In this document: one piece after another, positions 9,964-18,323 of the stretch
Layout: each line of letters starts with the position of its first letter
How positions within the stretch are numbered: the first letter of the stretch is position 1
DNA from: Candidatus Eiseniibacteriota bacterium
Lineage (GTDB): Bacteria > Eisenbacteria > RBG-16-71-46 > JASEGR01
Length of the DNA stretch: 64,000 nucleotides
Assembly: GCA_030017955.1 (NCBI GenBank)
Contig: JASEGR010000003.1
Coordinates: 6,508-70,507 of the forward strand
Direction: 5' to 3'
Position numbers and translations under genes: made by a program
Notes under the pieces: generated by a model
The model's database searches: none
Seen by the model: only the letters and a program-made list of their open reading frames with translations
Told to the model about the DNA's origin: nothing

Positions 9964-10980
9964 ATGCTCTGGAAGAAGAAAGAGGGAATCGGGCTCGACA
10001 TAGGATCAAGCGCAGCAAAGCTCGTCGTCCTTTCGAGAGCAGGAAAGAGGCTTCAGATCTCCCGGTACGGCATTCGGGAGCTGCCCCCGGAGGCAATTGT
10101 CGGTGGAGAGATCATTGATAGAGAGCTTGTCGTACGCGCCGTCTCCGAGCTGTCGGAAGAGCTCAAGGTGAAGGGTAGAAACGTCGTGACTGCGCTTTCA
10201 GGCAGAGGCGTGATTGTAAAGCGAATAACGACGGAAATGGTCGCAAAAGAGGCGCTAAGAGAGGCCGTGTTCTGCGCTGCAGAAGAGCATATACCGTTCG
10301 ACATAAATGATGTGGCAATGGATTTTCACGTTCTTAAGAGCGAAGGCAAGCCAAAGACCCTGGATGTCCTCCTTGTCGCAGTCAGGAAGGAGACGGTTTC
10401 CAACCTCCTGCAGCTATTGAAAGAGGCCGGGATTGGAGCCTCTGTCGTCGATATAAACCCCATGGCTGTTCTCAACTCTGTCAGTTATTCGGAGGATATA
10501 TCCAAGACCGAGATCTTCGCCGTGGTCGATGTTGGCGCCGAGTCAACATGCATAACCATATCAAGGGAATCAGAACCATTCCTGAGCTGGCACGTCTCAA
10601 CCGGTGCCAGAAGCTTCGCCCAGGCACTTCAGAAAGGCCTCAGCGTCACGCAGGCCGAGGCTCTGAAGATATTGATGGGAGAAGATGGAAAGGAGAAGGA
10701 TGAGGTCGTCAGTCTCATCCTGCCCGGCTTGGAGGAGATTGCCGCTTCTCTGGAGAGGGCTGTTTCCTACCTTTCGGATACAGGCGCCGGAGAGAAATTG
10801 GACAAGCTTTTTCTGTGCGGCGGAGGCTCCGCTTCCCTTGGCCTCACCGACTTCTTCTCGGAGAGATTTCCTGTCAATGTGAAGGTCGCAGACACGGTTC
10901 ACAAAATGGGGAGTGCACCTTCTCCTCTAGGCTCCAGATTGGCGGTTGCCATCGGCCTGGCTCTCAGGGAGGTCACGTAG
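9964..10980 (+). CDS. pilM: Type IV pilus assembly protein PilM (actin-like ATPase fold)
   Basis: The ATG at 9964 gives MLWKKKEGIGLDIGSSAAKLVVL, the actin-like phosphate-1 motif. It is followed by pilNOPQ. Confidence 0.85.
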   Translation: MLWKKKEGIGLDIGSSAAKLVVLSRAGKRLQISRYGIRELPPEAIVGGEIIDRELVVRAVSELSEELKVKGRNVVTALSGRGVIVKRITTEMVAKEALREAVFCAAEEHIPFDINDVAMDFHVLKSEGKPKTLDVLLVAVRKETVSNLLQLLKEAGIGASVVDINPMAVLNSVSYSEDISKTEIFAVVDVGAESTCITISRESEPFLSWHVSTGARSFAQALQKGLSVTQAEALKILMGEDGKEKDEVVSLILPGLEEIAASLERAVSYLSDTGAGEKLDKLFLCGGGSASLGLTDFFSERFPVNVKVADTVHKMGSAPSPLGSRLAVAIGLALREVT

Positions 10981-11043
10981 AAATGCTTCCCGGCAATTGC
11001 CTTGGACGCGCCGTCGACACAGATAGGGAGGGCGGCAAATAGA

Positions 11044-11631
11044 ATGATAAGAATCAACCTTGTTCCAGAAGAAGATAGAGACCGAGGTGCGCTCGGTGAA
11101 AGGCCTCGCGCCATCTCCGTCTTTTCGAAATCATTTCTCACTGTCTCACTCTTCATTGTGTTCGCCGGGACATTTTTTCAGATCGAACAGGGGAGAAGGG
11201 TATCTGAAGCTCTCTCTGAACTGGAGAAGAACATTGAGTTGAGAAAGAAAACGTCTTCAGAGATTTTGACGAGAGAAAGGGAGCTGCTCAAGCTCAAGGA
11301 GTACTTTGCAGGGATTCAAAGTCTGACCGGACAAAGGGGAGTCCCGGTCCTGGTTCTGGAAGAACTCTCGAGAAAACTTCCCGGCGATCTTTGGTACACC
11401 AGCGTTTTCCAGAGCGGGTCCCGGGAGATAACTATCGAGGGAGTCTCTTTCTCAAATCTAAGGGTTGCCCAGCTGATGGGTGGAATAGACCGGTCCACAA
11501 TCTTCGAGGGTACGAAACTGCTGTATTCGGAGAAAGGCACGGTATCCGGGAGAGATGTTGTGAAATTCAAGCTTACGGCAGTAGTGAGCTTCGGCGGAGT
11601 CAGTGAGCCTGCCCCGAGGAGGAAAGGATGA
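11044..11631 (+). CDS. pilN: Type IV pilus assembly protein PilN
   Basis: MIRINLVPEE N-terminus (INLLP-type motif), a single TM and a coiled region. It sits between pilM and pilO. Confidence 0.8.
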   Translation: MIRINLVPEEDRDRGALGERPRAISVFSKSFLTVSLFIVFAGTFFQIEQGRRVSEALSELEKNIELRKKTSSEILTRERELLKLKEYFAGIQSLTGQRGVPVLVLEELSRKLPGDLWYTSVFQSGSREITIEGVSFSNLRVAQLMGGIDRSTIFEGTKLLYSEKGTVSGRDVVKFKLTAVVSFGGVSEPAPRRKG

Positions 11632-12206
11632 ACCAACTCGGCATCTTGAGAAAAGGCGGACCAAAGATAACGATCATCTTCTCGGTTCTCATCCTCCTGA
11701 TTGATCTTGTCCTTCCTGGAATACCGTTCTCGTACTCAAGCTTCGCGACAAGGACAAAGGAGAAGGAGGAGAGGCTCGATTCCCTTGAACAGGAATCAGT
11801 CAGACTCGGGAGAAAGCTCTCTGGCCGGAAGGAAACGATGGATGAGCTTGCTGCTCTTCGCGAGAGATGGAATGTGGAGAAAGACCTCATTCCTGCAGAG
11901 CCGGATGTTGCCTCAATGCTTACGATGATCTCGCTTACCGCGATCGGCTGCGGTGTGACGATACTTCTTGTGAAGCCCGAACAGAAAAGGATCGTCAGGG
12001 GAATGACGGAGCTGCCTGTTTCTATCACGGTTGCCGGCGGCTACCACGAGACTGCCCGTTTCATCTCTGACATATTGAATCTTCCCAGACTCCTGAACGT
12101 AAGCCAGGTCAAGTTTCAATCGTACACGAAGGGCGGTCTGGATGAGACTGTAGAGGCAACGATGATAGTAACCGGGTATTCACATGGCGAGGCCGCAGGC
12201 AAATAG
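11628..12206 (+). CDS. pilO: Type IV pilus assembly protein PilO
   Basis: 192 aa with an N-terminal TM followed by a coiled coil, and a 4-nt overlap with pilN. Position and size are as expected for PilO. Confidence 0.7.
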   Translation: MNQLGILRKGGPKITIIFSVLILLIDLVLPGIPFSYSSFATRTKEKEERLDSLEQESVRLGRKLSGRKETMDELAALRERWNVEKDLIPAEPDVASMLTMISLTAIGCGVTILLVKPEQKRIVRGMTELPVSITVAGGYHETARFISDILNLPRLLNVSQVKFQSYTKGGLDETVEATMIVTGYSHGEAAGK

Positions 12207-12855
12207 CCCTATGAAAAATATCCTTGAACGGCTGATGTTAGCGGCGTTTCGAGCTCAACTTCTGGAAAGGACTGTCAGATGGTTCGGGAACGCTCCGGTG
12301 CGCTGCTTGTTTCACCTGGGCATCGCTGCACTTCTGCTTGTTTCGACAGGGACGGCAGGATCGAATACCGATACTGGAAAGGAGGGCTCCGCCCGGCAGG
12401 CGACCGGCGTGGAGAAGAAGGATGGAAGAGAGCTCCCATCGAACCCGGAGAAGAAGCTTGCCAACAACGGCATTTCTCCGGCAAAGAAAACGATGAACCC
12501 GGAAATAGGGTCTGTCCCCAGAACCTCCTACCAGTCCAGCAGGAGGAGAGACCCATTCTACTCGCTGCTTGACGGGGAATTTGAGTCTGAGTTCCCGGTG
12601 AAGCTCCCGAACATTGGAGAATGCTACCTGGTCGGAGTCGTGTGGGGAGAGGGAGAGTGGCTTGCCATTCTTGAGGACAAAGACGACAGGAGCTACATAG
12701 TCAGGGAAGGTGATCCGGTGATAGACGGCTACACCATTCAGGTGCGGAAGAAAGAAGTAATCTTCACGCAAAGAGGATACGGGGAAACACGGACAGTGAG
12801 TTTAAAACTCAGAGATAGGGAGAAGGCCAGTGGTACTAAGAACAAAGCAGGTTAA
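12184..12855 (+). CDS. pilP: Type IV pilus assembly protein PilP-like (low-complexity linker + C-terminal beta domain)
   Basis: 223 aa between pilO and the secretin. It has a hydrophobic N-terminal region and a Pro/Ser/Gly-rich linker. The start may be the internal ATG at 12211. Confidence 0.6.
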   Translation: MARPQANSPMKNILERLMLAAFRAQLLERTVRWFGNAPVRCLFHLGIAALLLVSTGTAGSNTDTGKEGSARQATGVEKKDGRELPSNPEKKLANNGISPAKKTMNPEIGSVPRTSYQSSRRRDPFYSLLDGEFESEFPVKLPNIGECYLVGVVWGEGEWLAILEDKDDRSYIVREGDPVIDGYTIQVRKKEVIFTQRGYGETRTVSLKLRDREKASGTKNKAG

Positions 12856-14464
12856 GATCATCATTTTCTCTGCTCTCTTCCTTGCGTGTGCCGTGGGGAA
12901 CGGGAGTTGTCTCTCAGTCACCGGCATGACTCTCAGGCAGCTGGGCGAGATAGACGAAGTGACTATCTCATCGGATGGGCCGCTGAGCCACAGGGATTTT
13001 CCTACCACAGCGCCTGACAGGATAGTCATCGACCTTTTCGATGCAACTATGAAGCTCAGCGACACCCTGATCAACGGCTCAGAGAGCCGGTTCGTCAGGG
13101 AGATAAAGGCCGAAGAGTGGCTAAGCGAACCGGGGCCCCTTACCAGGATCTCGATTTTGCTGACAAAGAGAAGTTCGTACTCGGTGCGGACAACGGCGTC
13201 CGGAATTGTTGTCTCGGTGCGGAGCAAAAAGGAAAAGAATTCATTACAGTCGAACGTGTCTTCCAAGATCCAGGGTTCAAAGCCCGGTCTGATCTCGATG
13301 AATATTCAGGCAGCGGACATAGTATCTGTTCTGAGGAGCATTGCAGAATACAGCGGAAGAAACATCGTTGCTACAAAGGACGTCAAGGGAGAGGTGACTG
13401 TCTCGCTCAAGGATGTTCCCTGGAGAGAGGCCTTGAACGCGATCGCAAATGCCCACGGATACGGGGTTGTCGAGGGGGACGAGATAATAACCGTCTCAAG
13501 TCTTCAGGATATCAGGGCTGAACAGCTGAGTGCGGACGAAGCAGAAAGAAAGAAGGAAGACTACCTGCCGCTTGAGATAAAAGTGGTCCGGGTGAAATTC
13601 GCAAACGCGAATGAGCTTTCCAAACCGCTCGCAAGAGTCCTGTCGAGAAGAGGAACAATCGAAGTTGACGAGAGGACCGGTTCCCTGATCGTAAGAGACA
13701 TCGCCTCGTCGATTGCCGAGCTTGAGAAACTTGTCGCTGAACTTGATACCCCGACCCCACAGGTCGAGATCACTGCAAGACTCGTTGACATCGACGTCAC
13801 CGCATCAAGAGAACTCGGAGTCGTGTGGTCCGGCGGAAGGACAGAGTCGGCAGGCGGATGGCAGGGGAAAACCGGCGTGAATTCGCCGGTGGGCAGCGCC
13901 ATTGGAACGATGAACTTCAGGACGACCGGAGGCACACTGGGGCTCGATGCTATTCTTCAGGCCCTTGAGTCAGAGAACAAGGCAACCATAATCTCAAATC
14001 CGAGGATCACTACTGCAGACAACAGGGAAGCCAGAATAATCGTCGGGAAGAAGATTCCTCTGATAGTGTCAGACATCGCAGGCAATCCAATCACCCAGCT
14101 TACTACCATCGGAATCCAACTCCTGGTCAGGCCGCACATAATCTCGGACGGAAGAATAACGATGGACCTTCATCCCGAGGTAAGCGATCTGTCTGCACAG
14201 GCCACAGTCCAAGGCGGCGTAATCATAAATACGAGTGAAGCCGACACAAGAGTGACAGTTCTTGATGGGGAGACTGCAGTAATCGGAGGCTTGACCAGGA
14301 CGAACGAAAGTGTCCTGAAGAGACGTGTTCCTCTTCTCGCCAGGATTCCTCTCCTGGGCAGGCTCTTCGGTTCATCCAGTCTGTCAAAGTCCAAGAGAGA
14401 GCTTGTCATCTTTGTCACACCCAAAATCATAGAGCCGGACGCCAGGCAGACGAAAAAGGACTAG
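12830..14464 (+). CDS. pilQ: Type IV pilus secretin PilQ
   Basis: 544 aa with a signal peptide and AMIN/N0-like domains. The C-terminal secretin domain carries the VxxGxxxxIGG and LGRLFG-type motifs (ETAVIGGL...IPLLGRLFG). Confidence 0.9.
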   Translation: MVLRTKQVKIIIFSALFLACAVGNGSCLSVTGMTLRQLGEIDEVTISSDGPLSHRDFPTTAPDRIVIDLFDATMKLSDTLINGSESRFVREIKAEEWLSEPGPLTRISILLTKRSSYSVRTTASGIVVSVRSKKEKNSLQSNVSSKIQGSKPGLISMNIQAADIVSVLRSIAEYSGRNIVATKDVKGEVTVSLKDVPWREALNAIANAHGYGVVEGDEIITVSSLQDIRAEQLSADEAERKKEDYLPLEIKVVRVKFANANELSKPLARVLSRRGTIEVDERTGSLIVRDIASSIAELEKLVAELDTPTPQVEITARLVDIDVTASRELGVVWSGGRTESAGGWQGKTGVNSPVGSAIGTMNFRTTGGTLGLDAILQALESENKATIISNPRITTADNREARIIVGKKIPLIVSDIAGNPITQLTTIGIQLLVRPHIISDGRITMDLHPEVSDLSAQATVQGGVIINTSEADTRVTVLDGETAVIGGLTRTNESVLKRRVPLLARIPLLGRLFGSSSLSKSKRELVIFVTPKIIEPDARQTKKD

Positions 14465-14668
14465 CCCTCAATCGCCGCTTGGCCGGGACAGCGCCGGGGT
14501 CGAAGAAGAGCGGGACAGAAATTTCCCAGCCGGATAACAATTCCCGGATCAGCGCCAATCCGCAACTTGACAAAAGTTCAAGCTCACCTTAAGGTCTAAC
14601 CGCATTCAGCAGACTTGAAATGGTTCTTGATTCAGGGAAATTCTTCGCCATGAGGTGACATTAATCAT

Positions 14669-15289
14669 TTGAGATCGATACTGCCTGGTCTTCTTGGCGC
14701 CTCACTTCTCATCTCGTTCGTTCACGCTGCGATTCCGAGCCACTGGCTTCCGTTTGTTCTTGTGGGAAGGACACGGAGATGGAGCAAAGCAAAGACTCTT
14801 CTGGTCACGCTAATAGCCGGCGGCGGGCATGTCCTCACTACGGCAGTTCTTGGCGCCCTGGTGGCAGTCACCGGAATGAACCTCTTCGACAGATTCGGGA
14901 CTGCCGCACAGATTCTGGCCGGGACAATCCTCATTCTCTTCGGAACAGTCTACTTCATCACATCCCGAATCAGGCACGGGAGAAGCCACGGCCACAGTCA
15001 CGCGGTCTCAGAGTATGCATCAATTCTTTCCCTTCTCCTTGTCTTGAGCCTTTCCCCGTGTGAGGGAATGCTTCCAATCTACCTGGTTGTAAGCAAATTT
15101 GGCTGGCCTGCTTTCTTCCTTGCGTCCACCGTGCTTGCGCTTGGAACACTCTTTGGAATGTTTCTCTTTGTGAGTGCGGCCATGAGCGGCATGGAACGTT
15201 TTAAGTTGACATCCTTGGAAAAACACGAGGGGCTTCTCATCGGAGGCATGATGATCGGACTCGGAGTCCTCGTTTTCCTTGTCGGCTAG
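14669..15289 (+). CDS. Integral membrane protein with His-rich loop (putative Ni/Co/Zn transporter, UreH/HupE-like)
   Basis: TTG start. About 6 TM helices and an HGRSHGHSH loop. It sits directly upstream of a heavy-metal P1B ATPase in the same frame and orientation. Confidence 0.4.
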   Translation: MRSILPGLLGASLLISFVHAAIPSHWLPFVLVGRTRRWSKAKTLLVTLIAGGGHVLTTAVLGALVAVTGMNLFDRFGTAAQILAGTILILFGTVYFITSRIRHGRSHGHSHAVSEYASILSLLLVLSLSPCEGMLPIYLVVSKFGWPAFFLASTVLALGTLFGMFLFVSAAMSGMERFKLTSLEKHEGLLIGGMMIGLGVLVFLVG

Positions 15290-15292
15290 TGT

Positions 15293-17668
15293 GTGCCGGC
15301 CAGATCTTTAGGGAACTCGCCATTGAAGAAACGCATTCTTAAGCTTTCGGTACTCCTCGATTCTGACAGTGATTGTGACAGATGTGTGGAAAGACTTAAG
15401 GGCCTGCTGGCTCGAATCAGGGGAGTGAGTCTTGCGAAAATTGACCCGTCGAGCCGGACGGTCGCCGTCACTTACGACCCGCAGGCAGTCACAATGGACA
15501 CCCTTGACTCTCTCGCACGGGAAGCGGGCGTCACAATATCCACGAGATTCGCTCACAAGAGATGGGCCGTCACCGGTCTCGATTGTCCTGATTGTGCGTC
15601 GAAGATTGAGAAGAATGTTTCTCTCGTGGATGGGGTATTTTGGGTGGGAGTTTCTCTCCCTCTTTCCATCCTTGAGGTTGAATATGACAGGGAGAAAACG
15701 AGAGAAGAAGAAATTGTCTCCCGCGTGAGGAGACTCGGGTATGGCCTGAGAGACAAAAAGAAGGAAGTGCAGCCCGGACACAGGAGATGGGTTCCGATCT
15801 CAATCTCTGGAATGTTCCTCCTTCTCGGCTTCATTTCCCATCACATGGGGAATTTGTGGCTTTCCGGCTCTCTGTTTCTTGTTTCCGTTCTGATTTCAGG
15901 ACTTCCAACCGTGCGAAAAGCATTCTACTCGCTTTTGTCGCGTTCTCCGGATGTCAGCCTACTCATGTCAATTTCTGCGGTGGGAGCAGGGGCAATAGGG
16001 GAGTGGCCCGAAGGGGCAACGGTGCTTTTTCTCTTCAGTCTGGGAAACAGACTCCAGTTCTACACGATGGAGAAGACAAGACATGCTATCAAGTCACTGG
16101 TCGAAGCTTCACCCGACGAAGCAATGGTTGAAATCGACGGAGCGTTGGTAAGGAAGCCTGTCAGAGACCTGCTGCCTGGTGACACGGCGCTGGTAAGGCC
16201 AGGAGACAAGATTCCAGCCGATGGAGAGATTGCTTCGGGCAGTTCATACATAAACGAGTCAACAATCACGGGGGAAGCCACACCCAGGGAGAAGCGCGCC
16301 GGGGACGAAGTTTACGCTGGAACGATAAATGAAGGAAATCCTATCAGGATAATTGTCCGCAAGAAGTCCAAGGACAGCAGGGTTGCAAGAATAGTAACCC
16401 TCGTTGAAGAGGCGCAGCTGAGAAAGGCGCCGTCTCAGAGTTTCATCGAATCCTTTTCGAGATACTACACGCCCTCTGTTGTTCTTGTGTCCTTGCTCGT
16501 TTTCGCCGTACCTGTATTGGCGATGGGAGGCGAAGTAAGAGAATGGCTCTACCGGGCGCTCACAATTCTTGTTATCTCCTGTCCCTGCGCGCTCGTCATT
16601 TCCATCCCGGTTGCCGTTCTTGCGGCAATCGGAAATGCGTCAAGGAACGGGATACTCATAAAAGGCGGAGTGTTCCTGGAAGAACTCGGCAGAGCAAAGG
16701 TGTTTGCTTTTGACAAGACCGGAACAATTACCAGGGGGACTTCCGCTTTTTGCTCGTTAGATGCGTTTGGGCGAAGCGAGGATGATGCGCTCGCACTGGC
16801 CGCATCTTTGGAGAAGGAATCAACACATACGGTCGCAAAGGCCATACTGCATGAGGCAAGACACAGGAAGATAGAATTCAGAAAGACTTTCGATCCGGTT
16901 TCCTACCCGGGAAGAGGGGTCTCTGCAACGATTGACGGCGAAAGATTCTATCTCGGGAAGGAAGAGCTTCTTGATTCTGCAGGGATATGTTTTGACGCAA
17001 GCCCCTTTCATCTTTCCGGGACTGAGAGAAAAGAAAATCTCGTTTTCCTCGGGAGCAGCGGAAAACTGGTTGCAGTCTTTTTCCTGAGTGACAGGCCAAG
17101 GGAGGAGGCGAAAACCGCAGTGGGTGCCCTGAGCGCAATGAACGCAGCAAGGACAGTTTTGCTCTCCGGCGACACCGCCGAGAATACCGCCTCGGCCGGT
17201 TCCGAGATCGGAGTCAGCGAGAGTGTCGGGAATCTCAAGCCCGAGGATAAGGTCGAGATAATCGAAAGACTCAGGAAGGAAATAGGACCGGTGGTTATGG
17301 TCGGAGACGGTATAAACGATGCTCCCGGGCTCGCGGCGGCAAATGTGGGAATTGCCATGGGGGGAGCAGGAACGGATGTTGCACTCGAGACTGCCGATAT
17401 CGTACTGGCAACTGACGACCTCATGAAGATTCCCTACGCTTTCTCGCTCAGTAAGAAGACGAAGCGAGTTGTGCTCCAGAATGTGGTCTTCTCAATTACG
17501 ATTAAACTCCTCTTTCTCCTCATGGCTTTTCCGGGGTTCCTCACACTCTGGGTTGCCGTACTGGGTGACGTCGGCAGCTCCCTCCTCGTCACGTTGAACG
17601 GAATGCGCTTGCTCGGGCCGGGGGATACGGATGGGAAAACGCCCTTGCAGAAAGCAACGCGCGTCTAG
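15293..17668 (+). CDS. Heavy-metal translocating P1B-type ATPase (Zn/Cd/Pb CadA/ZntA-like)
   Basis: N-terminal HMA-like domains (GLDCPDCASKIE), TM CPC motif (SCPCALVIS), phosphorylation site DKTGTIT, and the GDGINDAP hinge. Confidence 0.9.
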   Translation: MPARSLGNSPLKKRILKLSVLLDSDSDCDRCVERLKGLLARIRGVSLAKIDPSSRTVAVTYDPQAVTMDTLDSLAREAGVTISTRFAHKRWAVTGLDCPDCASKIEKNVSLVDGVFWVGVSLPLSILEVEYDREKTREEEIVSRVRRLGYGLRDKKKEVQPGHRRWVPISISGMFLLLGFISHHMGNLWLSGSLFLVSVLISGLPTVRKAFYSLLSRSPDVSLLMSISAVGAGAIGEWPEGATVLFLFSLGNRLQFYTMEKTRHAIKSLVEASPDEAMVEIDGALVRKPVRDLLPGDTALVRPGDKIPADGEIASGSSYINESTITGEATPREKRAGDEVYAGTINEGNPIRIIVRKKSKDSRVARIVTLVEEAQLRKAPSQSFIESFSRYYTPSVVLVSLLVFAVPVLAMGGEVREWLYRALTILVISCPCALVISIPVAVLAAIGNASRNGILIKGGVFLEELGRAKVFAFDKTGTITRGTSAFCSLDAFGRSEDDALALAASLEKESTHTVAKAILHEARHRKIEFRKTFDPVSYPGRGVSATIDGERFYLGKEELLDSAGICFDASPFHLSGTERKENLVFLGSSGKLVAVFFLSDRPREEAKTAVGALSAMNAARTVLLSGDTAENTASAGSEIGVSESVGNLKPEDKVEIIERLRKEIGPVVMVGDGINDAPGLAAANVGIAMGGAGTDVALETADIVLATDDLMKIPYAFSLSKKTKRVVLQNVVFSITIKLLFLLMAFPGFLTLWVAVLGDVGSSLLVTLNGMRLLGPGDTDGKTPLQKATRV

Positions 17669-17900
17669 CATATTGCAACGAAAGCCGCACCGTCAGATCC
17701 CGTCAATCAGATCCGGCGGCCAGGCGTTTGCGTAGTTCTCCGGAGGAAATCTCCGGATTCGGCAGGGATGCGCGCTGGTTGGGCTTTCTGGGCATGATTC
17801 TGGCGCGCTAATCAACTGACTGCTTTTCACCGTTCTCTCACCGGATCTTCTGCGACTCTGCATGCCTTGAGGCTGCCGCGGACGGCGGCTGGTATGCAAT

Positions 17901-18323
17901 ATGCGACTCTCTCACTTGGAGGAGGTGGCGAATACCTTGAGAAGAACACCAGGTTTGAATCTCCTCTCTGAAAAGAGAGGTTTCACCCTCGTTGAGATTT
18001 GTGTCTCGTTCCTCCTAATGGCTCTCTTTTTTGCCGGGCTCGCCCAGTCATTCCCTCTCGCACTTAAGCTCGTGGTCGAGGGAAAGTTGCGAAATGAGGC
18101 CGCCGCGCTCGCCCAGGGAAAGATGGAGGAGCTCAAGTCGTACGGGTACGGGAGCGGCTTTCTCATTTCTGGATCCGATGAAGTTAGGGGGAAATACCGG
18201 AGAAGCTGGAATGTTACCCAGAATTCGCCGGTGCCGAGGATGAACGAGATAGTAGTCACCGTGAGCTGGAATCTGGGCTCGAAGGAACGCACTTTGGAGT
18301 TCAGGAACTATGTTGCACAGTAG
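17901..18323 (+). CDS. Minor pilin / pseudopilin with prepilin-type N-terminal cleavage-methylation domain
   Basis: The N-terminus RGFTLVEICVSFLLMALFFAG is a class III signal (G|FTLVE). Its 140-aa size is typical of PilV/GspI-like minor pilins. Confidence 0.7.
   Translation: MRLSHLEEVANTLRRTPGLNLLSEKRGFTLVEICVSFLLMALFFAGLAQSFPLALKLVVEGKLRNEAAALAQGKMEELKSYGYGSGFLISGSDEVRGKYRRSWNVTQNSPVPRMNEIVVTVSWNLGSKERTLEFRNYVAQ

Noticed and set aside
14669-17668. A Sec-containing read-through fusion of the His-rich membrane protein and the P1B ATPase, because both are in the same frame.
   Set aside because: The intervening stop is TAG (15287-15289), not TGA. The ATPase has its own N-terminal HMA domains and start. 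These are two separate genes.
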